Part shown: positions 37,535 through 46,901 of the stretch, piece after piece | How positions within the stretch are numbered: the first letter of the stretch is position 1 | Layout: every line of letters begins with the position of its first letter | Origin: a virus | Lineage: Duplodnaviria; Caudoviricetes | Virus record (IMG/VR): IMGVR_UViG_3300017909_004140 | Coordinates: 32,001 to 96,000 of that record | Length of the DNA stretch: 64,000 bases | Reading direction: 5' to 3' (one strand) | Made by a program: the position numbers and the translations under genes | The notes under the pieces: generated by a model | Told to the model about the DNA's origin: nothing | The model's database searches: none | What the model saw: only the letters and a program-made list of their open reading frames with translations

Positions 37535-38210
37535 ATCCTTGTTCTACCTTTTCTTTTATAAACTTTGCTAGCCTGTTAATCCAGAAATAACGAGTCCAAT
37601 GAACTATTATGCTTACAGGATTTTTACCATTTAATACGGCTCCTCCTATGAGAAGTCTACAATAGTACCATCTTTTGTATTTTCGACCAAAACAGTGGTT
37701 CCAGTTTTCAGTTTCTTTTTCGATAACCTCTTTAGGTATCTCTTCTCCTGCTTTTGTAAAGTATAGCTTGTCTTCAATCTTAAACCAATTTTGGGTTTCA
37801 TCCATAGTTGGGTCGTCCATTACTTCGTGATAATCATTAAAAGGATCATATAAATTTATATTAGTTTGAGATTCTTGATAAAAAACTCTATACTGCGGTA
37901 ATTTTGCTTTGACTACTTGTTTAGCAAAAGCATCTCTCGATTTTTTAGACCCAAAACAAATAACAACAAAAGATTCTTCCATCCAATCATGCCCTTCGCA
38001 AGAAGAACAGGTTAAATATCCTTTTTTGTTAAGTATCTCCACTAGAGGCCAAATACCAGGATCTACTTGAGATTTAAACTCTTTCATGTATGGAGAGACA
38101 GATACGCCAACCCAATTATTACCTGTAACTGTGGCATTGACTCGTCCGTTATCGTGTAGCCAGTTTTTCTTTGTAAAATGCTCTTTTCTATAAAAATCTT
38201 TTTTATTCAT
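37527..38210 (-). CDS. Protein with TYW3/Taw3-like SSCxG motif
   Basis: VDPGIWPLVEILNKKGYLTCSSCEGH. Confidence 0.45.
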   Translation of the reverse strand: MNKKDFYRKEHFTKKNWLHDNGRVNATVTGNNWVGVSVSPYMKEFKSQVDPGIWPLVEILNKKGYLTCSSCEGHDWMEESFVVICFGSKKSRDAFAKQVVKAKLPQYRVFYQESQTNINLYDPFNDYHEVMDDPTMDETQNWFKIEDKLYFTKAGEEIPKEVIEKETENWNHCFGRKYKRWYYCRLLIGGAVLNGKNPVSIIVHWTRYFWINRLAKFIKEKVEQGYD

Positions 38211-38719
38211 CTAGGCGTAATTCCTGTAATACACAAGTTAAAAGTATCAGTTAGTAAAGGAGTTGTTCCATGTACCCACTCTTTATTTATCTGATCACAT
38301 ATGATTACTAGCCCTGTATAAGGAGTTATTTTTTTAATATTATTTTTTGTTCCGTATAAAAAGTCTCTACCTTTCATGTCTTTTTCAATATAGTAAATCA
38401 TAATTTGAACTAATCCACCAAAAGCATTGTCTGTGTGTAGGTCTACATACTCATTTTTATCTGTTTTATACGCTTCAAAAGTTTCTAATTTATCTAGAAG
38501 CTTTTGTAGATACAAATCTACTTTTGTATATAGTTGTTTGATGAAGAATTGATTAAGATAAGGAGGCATGCCTAGTGTAGACCAACTTACTTCTTTTCCT
38601 AGTTGCTTATCTTCATTTGGATAAAAAGTTAATGATTTTAGTTCTGTTTTTATATTTTTAGGTATTGTAATGCTATCAAAAGCAAAACCATTTTCTATAA
38701 CTTCTTTGTATGTAATCAT
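38207..38719 (-). CDS. 2OG-Fe(II) oxygenase
   Basis: LHTD...WVHGTTPL (HxD...H). Confidence 0.65.
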   Translation of the reverse strand: MITYKEVIENGFAFDSITIPKNIKTELKSLTFYPNEDKQLGKEVSWSTLGMPPYLNQFFIKQLYTKVDLYLQKLLDKLETFEAYKTDKNEYVDLHTDNAFGGLVQIMIYYIEKDMKGRDFLYGTKNNIKKITPYTGLVIICDQINKEWVHGTTPLLTDTFNLCITGITPR

Positions 38720-39372
38720 TTTACTAGTATAACTCCTACAAAGTTGTATGCTTTCCAGAATACTTCATACTTTTTAAAACCTATTTCTTCTATTTCTTGT
38801 AAGATATCTTCCCAAGATCTTATATTCATAGAGGCTCTTAACTCTTTTTCTTTGAGCATAATATCATCATATCTAAAGAATTTAGCTTTATAATCATAGT
38901 TTGCAAAAGTAAACACTTCTTGTAACATTGAGTCGCTAGAATACGTTTTTTCACAGAGTATTAAGGCTCCGTTAGGTATTAAAGAATCATATATATTTTT
39001 TAATACTGTTACTCTATCAGCAGTAGGTAAAAATTGAAGAGTAAACATAGAGACAGCCAAAGAAACATCAGTGCCAAACTCTAGCTTTCTCACATCTTCA
39101 ATTTTAAACTCTATATCATTATCTTCCCAGTGAGAACAAAAAGCTGTTTCATTATCTATTCCAATATATGAAACATTTTTAGCATGTGATGCTTTTTTTA
39201 TTTTTCTTAAATTTTTACCAGTAGAACATCCTAAGTCATACACTATAGTGTTATCTTGTATAAAAAAACCTGCAATAGTAGTTATCATAGTGCTTAGAGT
39301 TTTATATGAAATAATACTTTTTGATATATGATTATCAAACCCAAACGAGTGTTTTGCAAAGCTAAAACGCAT
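38716..39372 (-). CDS. CmoA-like class I SAM-dependent transferase
   Basis: FDNHISKSI, VYDLGCSTG, SMFTLQFL, L.PNGALILCEK. Confidence 0.8.
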   Translation of the reverse strand: MRFSFAKHSFGFDNHISKSIISYKTLSTMITTIAGFFIQDNTIVYDLGCSTGKNLRKIKKASHAKNVSYIGIDNETAFCSHWEDNDIEFKIEDVRKLEFGTDVSLAVSMFTLQFLPTADRVTVLKNIYDSLIPNGALILCEKTYSSDSMLQEVFTFANYDYKAKFFRYDDIMLKEKELRASMNIRSWEDILQEIEEIGFKKYEVFWKAYNFVGVILVK

Positions 39373-40276
39373 TTTTATACCTGCTTAGTAAATTTATGTA
39401 CCCATTACAGCTGTTTTTTAAGTCTTTTACAAAACGATAGTGTTCTGTTAGGCAGTGTCCTTTCCAAGAGCAATTTTGACAAACAGTAGAGAGAGACTTT
39501 TTTTCTTGCCACGCCCATTGTTCATATGTGTTGTAGTTAGTAAACTCTAAGAAATACTCTTTATCGTTTTTGTCAAAGTCTAGTACTGCATATTTACCAT
39601 TAGGAGTTATATAGATGTGATCATCTGAAAAAGCATTATACTCTTTTGTTAACGATCTTTTAATTCTTGCTTTATTTTCAAAATGAAATTTCTTCTTTAT
39701 TTTAGATTCCATCCATTTCACAACAAAGTTTTCAAAATCTCTATGACTTACTGCGTCTGCATTAGCTTGGTTTATACTATAGGGTTTTATTTCAACAGAC
39801 TTAACAGCTTTACACATATTTAATTTAGATATCATCATATCAACATCTAAATTTAGAACTCTTTTAGAAGCCAGAATTAGAACCGCTATAGGTTTAGAAC
39901 TCATTAACATATTATTAAAAACTATGTCTGATTTTTCTCTTGCTGAAAAATCATATGAGACGGAAAGAGTGACATCATCCTCGAAGAATCTGTCGTCAAG
40001 CATAGAAAAATTAGTATTAATATTGATGTAATCATGATAATGTTTGCGTATAACGGATTTAATTTCTTTGTAGTATTCTTTTTTAAGTGCGCCAATCTCT
40101 CCTCCGTATAAGTCTACGTGATCTATTTTTGGAATATTTGATAATAGTAGGTCTAGTTTTTCTGGGCTAATTCTTTTTTGATTTCCTAACTGTTCTGGAG
40201 TTAAATAACAAAAGTCACATCTGAAATTACAAAAATAACTAGGATTTATTGAGACTGAAAATATTTTATCCACCAT
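39362..40276 (-). CDS. Radical SAM enzyme with C-terminal Cys cluster
   Basis: CNFRCDFCY, YGGEI, CQNC...CLTEH...C. Confidence 0.9.
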   Translation of the reverse strand: MVDKIFSVSINPSYFCNFRCDFCYLTPEQLGNQKRISPEKLDLLLSNIPKIDHVDLYGGEIGALKKEYYKEIKSVIRKHYHDYININTNFSMLDDRFFEDDVTLSVSYDFSAREKSDIVFNNMLMSSKPIAVLILASKRVLNLDVDMMISKLNMCKAVKSVEIKPYSINQANADAVSHRDFENFVVKWMESKIKKKFHFENKARIKRSLTKEYNAFSDDHIYITPNGKYAVLDFDKNDKEYFLEFTNYNTYEQWAWQEKKSLSTVCQNCSWKGHCLTEHYRFVKDLKNSCNGYINLLSRYKNAF

Positions 40277-40671
40277 CTATACTCTTTTCCATTTATAGTT
40301 TCATAGTCTTTAGGCTCAAATCCAAATTTTTTTAATAATGTGTCTACTCTTTTATGACGACTTAATCCCCAAAGCGGGTTTCCGTTTTCTGGGGTTACAG
40401 CATAATTACCCAGTTTATATATTGCGTCAGTGCCTTGATATTTTTTATCTATTAAGATAGTTTCAAGATACTCTCCTCTATCAATAGAAACTACTGTATA
40501 GTATCCTATAGGTTTATTTTCTAGATAAAGTAGATGTGCTCTTTGTTTTTGTATTAACTCAATAAAATCATCTTTTTCATCACGTTCTTCTTTTGTCATG
40601 TTATAAGATAGAGCAATTAGTATTGGTAAATCATTGATGCTAGCTTTTTTAGTTTTGTATATCAAGAACAT
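40246..40671 (-). CDS. GNAT acetyltransferase
   Basis: KKASINDL, KPIGY, ILIDKKYQG, LLKKFGF. Confidence 0.7.
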   Translation of the reverse strand: MFLIYKTKKASINDLPILIALSYNMTKEERDEKDDFIELIQKQRAHLLYLENKPIGYYTVVSIDRGEYLETILIDKKYQGTDAIYKLGNYAVTPENGNPLWGLSRHKRVDTLLKKFGFEPKDYETINGKEYRWWIKYFQSQ

Positions 40672-41446
40672 CTCCTAATATTCTAATGTCTTGTTCGTGA
40701 TGCATATTGTGTTCTCTTTTTATCATTGGAGTAATTCTTGTATCCCAAGATATGCTTATTCTAGGCATTTTAGACTGGTTAGGCTCTACTTCGTGCCAAA
40801 CCCACGAGGGAAATAGAATGAATTTACCTATTTCAGGCTTTATGGTAATGTTAGTTGGATTAACTGATTTTGTAGGTTTATCAAAGGTATCGACATAATC
40901 ACCAAATAAACCAGAAAACTCTAAAGTACTATTATTCATCTGTCTACCGTATTCATTATATCTAGAAGTATGATTATGTCTAATAGCATCACTACTTGTT
41001 TCGTCACCTGCTTTAGTCAGCATCTCTAAATCTAAATATCCAAAATCCATCATATTAGAATTACCTTTTGGATCTACCATGAGTAGATGACTGTCATGGT
41101 CGTTTAACCAAATAGTCCCACTAATATGGTTATTAGGGTGGTTGTGAATTCCAACATTTTGACTTTGGGGAAGCACATGCGCCCAGGCATAAGACTTTAT
41201 ATCATATTGATCGGACTCAAATAAGTTATTTTTTATATACTCTTTTATTGCAGGTACTAAATTATCGTGGTAAAGTGTTTGTAGTAAAGGCTCATCTAAA
41301 CTAAACAAGTTAAATACCTCTGTCACTTCATCAGGATTGTGATATTTATTCAATATATAGTTGAATAAATTTTTAGCTAATTGTTTGTCTACTGTGCCTA
41401 AAAGTATAGGAGTTGGCCATAAGTGTCTATGTGTATACTGATTCAT
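40649..41446 (-). CDS. Putative 2OG-Fe(II) oxygenase (TIGR02466-like)
   Basis: LWPTPI, HNHPNNHISG, GKFILFPSWVWHEVEPN...RISISW. Confidence 0.8.
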   Translation of the reverse strand: MNQYTHRHLWPTPILLGTVDKQLAKNLFNYILNKYHNPDEVTEVFNLFSLDEPLLQTLYHDNLVPAIKEYIKNNLFESDQYDIKSYAWAHVLPQSQNVGIHNHPNNHISGTIWLNDHDSHLLMVDPKGNSNMMDFGYLDLEMLTKAGDETSSDAIRHNHTSRYNEYGRQMNNSTLEFSGLFGDYVDTFDKPTKSVNPTNITIKPEIGKFILFPSWVWHEVEPNQSKMPRISISWDTRITPMIKREHNMHHEQDIRILGDVLDIQN

Positions 41447-42500
41447 TTACATACTCCGTTGGTATTGCGTCTAGTTTACATATATCTATAATATCAGGTG
41501 CTAAAGATTTCATTTTTTTACAATGAATTTCTGTTAAATTTAGTCTTTTTAGATCACTGATAGTTTTTCTACATCCATTACATATTTTAAACATTGGACA
41601 GGTTAAGCATGATTGTTTTAACACCATTAAGTTAAAATCGTTTTGCAATGGGGTTTCTATTTCTTTTTGTGACATCTCTTTGTCAAAATCAATTTTATAC
41701 TCTTTATCATCTCCAAAAGCTCCACAAGAATAATAGTCTCCTCCAGGATTTAAGTTTCTAATACTTTCATCACAACGTCTATTTTGTGGGCAGGTAGTAT
41801 TCGAAGAAAATCTTTTCAATAGCTGAGTAGTATTATACTCCCACTCTGAAAGACCTAGTTTGTATATCTGTAAATATTTTTCATATATATCTGCTAGCAA
41901 ATATGTGTAGTTTTCTAGCCCCATTTTTATACCATTTAAGAATTTTATTTCAGGCCCGCTCGCTACAGCATAGTTTAACTTACAAACTACTCCCATTTTT
42001 TTAGCTAGTAGCACATTATCAATCGCTTTATCCTCGTTTTCTTTTGTAATTACGGATATGAAATCTGGACGGTAGCCTACTAATTCTTTCATTTTATTTG
42101 AAACATTCCAAAAATCTTCTTCACTAAACTCTGTGAAGTCCCCTTTTAAGCGTCCTCCTCCATATTGAAATGAGGTACATACTCCGACTCTAGGATGCTT
42201 AAATAGATTTAACCATTTGTTAGGATTTTTATAAAAAGGCCAAAGATTAGTAGTTAATGAAATAGTTGTTTCTAAAGCATGCTCCTCTAAATATTCAATT
42301 ATTTTCCAGTAGTAGTCAGGAGACATCATTAGAGGATCACCACCATTTACTATAATAGTGTTTGTATAAGGAAATCTTTTTAGAAACTGAAATATTTTAT
42401 CATGAGAGAGTTCTACTGTCTTGGAGTCTGCTATTTTTGTACTTGAGCAAAAAGTACATTTAAAGTTGCAGCGCTCTGTAGGTTTAATTATTAATTCCAT
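41427..42500 (-). CDS. Radical SAM/SPASM enzyme
   Basis: IKPTERCNFKCTFC, NGGDPL, SPASM C...C...GDYYSC...CLTCPMFKICNGC. Confidence 0.93.
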   Translation of the reverse strand: MELIIKPTERCNFKCTFCSSTKIADSKTVELSHDKIFQFLKRFPYTNTIIVNGGDPLMMSPDYYWKIIEYLEEHALETTISLTTNLWPFYKNPNKWLNLFKHPRVGVCTSFQYGGGRLKGDFTEFSEEDFWNVSNKMKELVGYRPDFISVITKENEDKAIDNVLLAKKMGVVCKLNYAVASGPEIKFLNGIKMGLENYTYLLADIYEKYLQIYKLGLSEWEYNTTQLLKRFSSNTTCPQNRRCDESIRNLNPGGDYYSCGAFGDDKEYKIDFDKEMSQKEIETPLQNDFNLMVLKQSCLTCPMFKICNGCRKTISDLKRLNLTEIHCKKMKSLAPDIIDICKLDAIPTEYVNESVYT

Positions 42501-43473
42501 CTAAAAACCCCCAATAGTCTTTCAACCAGCAATGCTCCATAGTAGCTTTTTCTGGTAGTATGTGATTTTCTTGGAAACAACCTAAGCCACACTTACTAAA
42601 ATAATCACACATTAAACAATTGAATCCTTCTATCCATTTTGCTTCCATTTTTTCTCTACTATCGTGGGTCATAGCTCTATAGTTACCTCCTACTAGTAGA
42701 TTACAATGACCTATTTCTCCATCAGCAGCTATTACACTTGTTCTCTGACAGGTTAAATTTTTTCTAGTATCTCCTAATAAATACTTATCTATAGGACTGA
42801 CTTTAGGATAATTGATACTTAAAAATTTAAACATATCTAGCAGTTCTGTATCACTAGGGCAGTTTATACTAGCATTTTTTTCAGGAGTGTAGTAGTCAAA
42901 ATATATATTAAAATTCTCATATAGATAGTCAAATCCAGTAACTTCTTTGTTTAAAAACTTATAAATATTGGGAGCTGTTAATATGATGTTTACTGTTTGA
43001 ATATACTCTTTAAAATATCTCACATTATCCATAAAAACATCTAACTGGTTAGTATTAAAGCGCCCAGCTGGATCATAACTAACAGCAAGATTTATATTAA
43101 GCCTATCTAATAAATTTTTTACTCTGACTCTATCATTCCATATCATATTAGAAGTAATAAGAAATTCACTATTTTCAAACGATTTTTGGCACCTAAGAAT
43201 TAAAGACTCAATTTTACTTAAAATTTGATTTGAAATTTCATCACTCAGAATCTCTCCTCCCATAAAATGAAAGGAAAATTGTTCTTTATTTTGTGCGCGT
43301 AAGTTTTCGTAGACGCTTTTTATCGCAAAGTATTTTTCTGGGATGGAGTTCACACCCTCAAATGAATTATGATTTTGAGAACAAAAACTACACGCAAGAT
43401 TACAGTGTTCGAATAGGGTAACAATAACCTCTCCTAGATTAGACGATTTTTTATCTATTACACTACTGTACAT
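42484..43473 (-). CDS. Radical SAM/SPASM enzyme
   Basis: CNLACSFC, MGGEI, C...DGEIGHC...CLMCDYFSKCGLGC...C. Confidence 0.92.
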   Translation of the reverse strand: MYSSVIDKKSSNLGEVIVTLFEHCNLACSFCSQNHNSFEGVNSIPEKYFAIKSVYENLRAQNKEQFSFHFMGGEILSDEISNQILSKIESLILRCQKSFENSEFLITSNMIWNDRVRVKNLLDRLNINLAVSYDPAGRFNTNQLDVFMDNVRYFKEYIQTVNIILTAPNIYKFLNKEVTGFDYLYENFNIYFDYYTPEKNASINCPSDTELLDMFKFLSINYPKVSPIDKYLLGDTRKNLTCQRTSVIAADGEIGHCNLLVGGNYRAMTHDSREKMEAKWIEGFNCLMCDYFSKCGLGCFQENHILPEKATMEHCWLKDYWGFLDGINN

Positions 43474-44602
43474 AACCTTCTCTGAAACTATGGTGATCTG
43501 TTAGTTGCCAACTTCTTACTTTTTTAGTATTTCTTTCTTTATTATTTACAAAAGGTTTAAACTTATCTCTTTTTTCTTCTAGTGAGTATTCTAACAACTT
43601 ATCATATCTTTTTTCTTTACAAAGTAGGTAAAAATATCTTAGCAAATAGTGGGTTGTTTTGTCTTGGTGTTGATACTCTCCTATGTTACCTCCTGCATAT
43701 ATGGTATTGATATCTATATCAATAATTTTTCTTAAGCCAATCTCTCCCGTAATGAATAGTTCCATTAACTGCTCGCTGTCAAAAAACCCATTATGTCCAT
43801 ACTTCATCACTGATTTACGATATAACTTAAAAATAGTTTTCATATCGTAGTTGTTTTTAACATATTCTAAACTAGGATAAGCTTTTATATTCTCATCCAT
43901 TAGCCAACTATATTCATCAGGTAGTTTTAAATCTGCATACTCTGCGGTTTCATATAAGTGAGATCCATAATCAACATTTTCTAATAAGTCTCCTAGTTCG
44001 AACAGCTGACACATTACATTCATTTTCCAGTAGGTAAGTTCGTTCAGCACTGTATCTGCAACTATACCATATAGTTTTTTATACAAAATATCTTTATGTG
44101 CATATTTTGTGTTAGATAAATAACTAGCTAAGTGTAGCTCTGTGCAAGCTCCTTTTATATAACTACTATTTAACTCATGTTTATTACACTGTTCATATAC
44201 TTTATTGAACTCCTCAAAAGATAATAGTTTTAAAGAATCCCAAGGAGACCGTAAATTTATAGAACCATCGTCGTGTGATAAGCATGATTTTCCATGAAGA
44301 TATATATGCTTTTGTAATACTAGCTTATAAAAGTGATAAATAGATAAGGGAGAGTGGTTAGGCAGGATAGATTTTAGATATGTAGTAAGTATTTTTACAT
44401 AAGTTTCTTCTTCTGCTAAAACTATAAGTTCAGTATCTTTTTTGATGTTTTTGAAAGCATCGTTACCAAACAAGTCATCAGCATCTTTAAAATAATTCCA
44501 AGTGCTAGGAATAGGTGCTTCATACCCAACTAAGAATTTAGGAGTGTCCGGAGGGTAACAAAAGCTAAAATCTAGATAAACATTATTTATTAGGTTGAAC
44601 AC
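43463..44602 (-). CDS. Hypothetical protein in the radical SAM operon
   Basis: Long ORF overlapping both neighbours. Confidence 0.6.
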   Translation of the reverse strand: MFNLINNVYLDFSFCYPPDTPKFLVGYEAPIPSTWNYFKDADDLFGNDAFKNIKKDTELIVLAEEETYVKILTTYLKSILPNHSPLSIYHFYKLVLQKHIYLHGKSCLSHDDGSINLRSPWDSLKLLSFEEFNKVYEQCNKHELNSSYIKGACTELHLASYLSNTKYAHKDILYKKLYGIVADTVLNELTYWKMNVMCQLFELGDLLENVDYGSHLYETAEYADLKLPDEYSWLMDENIKAYPSLEYVKNNYDMKTIFKLYRKSVMKYGHNGFFDSEQLMELFITGEIGLRKIIDIDINTIYAGGNIGEYQHQDKTTHYLLRYFYLLCKEKRYDKLLEYSLEEKRDKFKPFVNNKERNTKKVRSWQLTDHHSFREGYVQ

Positions 44603-45281
44603 CGGCTGCTATCCCTGATACAAATACTAAAAGTGGCACATTATGTTCAAGCATCCAGCCGTATAAATTTTGTTCGTCATAGATATATTCTTCAGAATAG
44701 TGTTTAAAATACCTTTTTCTAGAACCAGAGGTTTCGTATATTTCAAATATAAAAGGGTTATTAATTAGGTTAATAACATTTTTACCTAATATTTCTGGGT
44801 CATCTACTACTTCATAATTTTTTAACTCTTCGTTTACAAAATCACTCAGAGAAGATACAAAAGAAAGAGTTGTAATAGGAAGTGACTCTAAGAAATCTGT
44901 AGTGTTTAACAGTTCATTATAAAATTCGTCAATAAACTTATCTGTCCATTCCTCAGTTAAAAGACTCATAGAGTATAAATCATCAACATCTATATTATTA
45001 TATTTAAGTACAATGTAGGTTAGCCCTAGCTCAAGCTCTTTACAGGTGATTAAATTGTTAGATGTAAAGTATAGCCTTAATAGTTCATACTTTTCTTCTT
45101 GTGTAGTGTTGTATAGATTAAGTTTAAAATCAATATCTAGATTAGATACATAATTAAAAAACGTTCTACCACTGATATCACTATCATAATACATTATTTC
45201 AAACTGTATTTTTTCTTCTTCCATAAAATATTGTTGTAAAAGCTCTACGTCAATAGGTGCTTTTGTTTTTATAACTCTCAT
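44583..45281 (-). CDS. Hypothetical protein in the radical SAM operon
   Basis: ATGA-coupled to the CHxx-repeat gene. Confidence 0.6.
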   Translation of the reverse strand: MRVIKTKAPIDVELLQQYFMEEEKIQFEIMYYDSDISGRTFFNYVSNLDIDFKLNLYNTTQEEKYELLRLYFTSNNLITCKELELGLTYIVLKYNNIDVDDLYSMSLLTEEWTDKFIDEFYNELLNTTDFLESLPITTLSFVSSLSDFVNEELKNYEVVDDPEILGKNVINLINNPFIFEIYETSGSRKRYFKHYSEEYIYDEQNLYGWMLEHNVPLLVFVSGIAAGVQPNK

Positions 45282-45877
45282 CTTCTTCCTCTTGAACTAT
45301 GACAGTTACTATGACAGCTTGCGTGGCAAGTATCTACAAATATAGTAACTTGATTTTCTTTTAAAGTATTCCACTGACTATATAGATTAGCTATATAATC
45401 TTCAAAATTAGAGGCGTCTATAACATCTCCTTCTTGAATATCATATGTAGCGCTATTATCTGTAACAGTTTGTTTATACGCAGAACCATCTAAGTGAATA
45501 AAATCAGTAGTGGTTCTTTGTTGTACATTATTTCCATTACCGCTAGGATATCCCGTTCTGTTAAAACGCAGTCTCCAGTTTAGTTTTCTAACTCCTGTAT
45601 AGTCTCTCGTTAGGTTACGTAAATAAGTTGCTAACTGTGCCGCATCTACTACTGCGTCTAGTCCCCCGCTAACTGCGGGGGCTACAGTGGGAGTTCCTAC
45701 TACTGAAAAAGGCACTCCTCCTTTAGGCGCGTTAGTTAGATTTGAATATGTTCCTGAAGAGAAAGGTGTTCCTGTTCCTACATCAATAACGGGGTTTATA
45801 GCATCTCTCATTACTTCGTTAAATCGGTTAACAACTAGTGCTTTGCTTACTTCATCTCCTGCATTAATAGTCGGCAT
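45278..45877 (-). CDS. Virion-like protein with C-terminal (CHxx)3-RGRR tail; candidate modification substrate
   Basis: Ends DTCHASCHSNCHSSRGRR; internal repeats INAGDEVSKA / IQEGDVIDAS; Gly/Thr/Val-rich composition. Confidence 0.65.
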   Translation of the reverse strand: MPTINAGDEVSKALVVNRFNEVMRDAINPVIDVGTGTPFSSGTYSNLTNAPKGGVPFSVVGTPTVAPAVSGGLDAVVDAAQLATYLRNLTRDYTGVRKLNWRLRFNRTGYPSGNGNNVQQRTTTDFIHLDGSAYKQTVTDNSATYDIQEGDVIDASNFEDYIANLYSQWNTLKENQVTIFVDTCHASCHSNCHSSRGRR

Positions 45878-46901
45878 AATATTCTCCTTGCTTTAATACC
45901 TGTATGGGGGTATTTTTTATTAGTTTAAATAGTTCTTTTGGCGAAGGACAGTGTGATTCATCCCACTCTAATTGATGACATCCGCTACCACACAAATCAA
46001 ATACTTCGCATTTATAACATCTTTCGTCTCTAGCTGCTTCACAAGCTATTAGTTCCATTCTTTTAGGTTTGAAAATTAATTCCCAAATCTCTTCATTTAT
46101 ATTACCATAAACTTCTTCAGGAGCAGCATTAGGACATCCGCTTATACTACCATCTGCATTTATAGTAAATAATTTTTGTTCACAGTCTCTACAAAAAGTA
46201 GCCGCTTGAGTTCCATTTGTTCTTGTTTTGACCATAGAGTTTATAAATGAATCAGTCCAGTTTTTAGGAGTGGTGTCTTTGTAAATTTCTAAAAACCAAT
46301 CAGCCTGTTCTTTATTACTGGGAAATATCTCAGGATGTTTTTTAGCATTTCCATGATCTGTAAGTCTTTCAAAATCTACTACATCTACGTTCAATGAGTT
46401 AAAATACTCTATAATTTCTTTAGGTTTAGTATTACAAAGTTCCTTGGTAACACTCACAAACATCGTTATAAAACAATCTAGCTCTTTTAATCTTTTTACA
46501 TTTTTCTCCCAAAGAGTTTTTTGTTTTTCATTAGAAAACCGTATACTTTTATCCCAAGAAGTTCCAATAACTCCTTTTAAGTCTTCAGTAATAAATTTAA
46601 TTTTTTCTTCACTTAAATTAAAAGTTAAGTTACTAGTAATACCAAATGAGACGTTATCATCATACTTCATACTATCAACTACATATTTCATATCTTTAAC
46701 AGGAGCAAGAAAAGGCTCTCCTCCGTGAAACTCAAAATGAATATGATTCGTTTTATAGTGCTTTCTTAATTTTTTTATCCAATCTACTGTTCTTTTAGGA
46801 TTAAAGTATATTTTTCTACCGTTTATTCCGTTTGTAAAACAGTGTTTACAATTGAGCTGACAAGTTTCCGTGGTTTTCAGATAAACTGTTATAGGATGCA
46901 T
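45864..46901 (-). CDS. Radical SAM/SPASM enzyme
   Basis: LKTTETCQLNCKHC, FHGGEPFL, CRDC...TINADGSISGCPN...CYKCEVFDLCGSGC...CP. Confidence 0.94.
   Translation of the reverse strand: MHPITVYLKTTETCQLNCKHCFTNGINGRKIYFNPKRTVDWIKKLRKHYKTNHIHFEFHGGEPFLAPVKDMKYVVDSMKYDDNVSFGITSNLTFNLSEEKIKFITEDLKGVIGTSWDKSIRFSNEKQKTLWEKNVKRLKELDCFITMFVSVTKELCNTKPKEIIEYFNSLNVDVVDFERLTDHGNAKKHPEIFPSNKEQADWFLEIYKDTTPKNWTDSFINSMVKTRTNGTQAATFCRDCEQKLFTINADGSISGCPNAAPEEVYGNINEEIWELIFKPKRMELIACEAARDERCYKCEVFDLCGSGCHQLEWDESHCPSPKELFKLIKNTPIQVLKQGEYYADY

Noticed and set aside
45278-45340. CHASCH/CHSNCH as c-type haem-binding motifs
   Set aside because: Spacing is CxxxCH, the motifs overlap, and there is no signal peptide for periplasmic haem attachment; kept only as a remote alternative.
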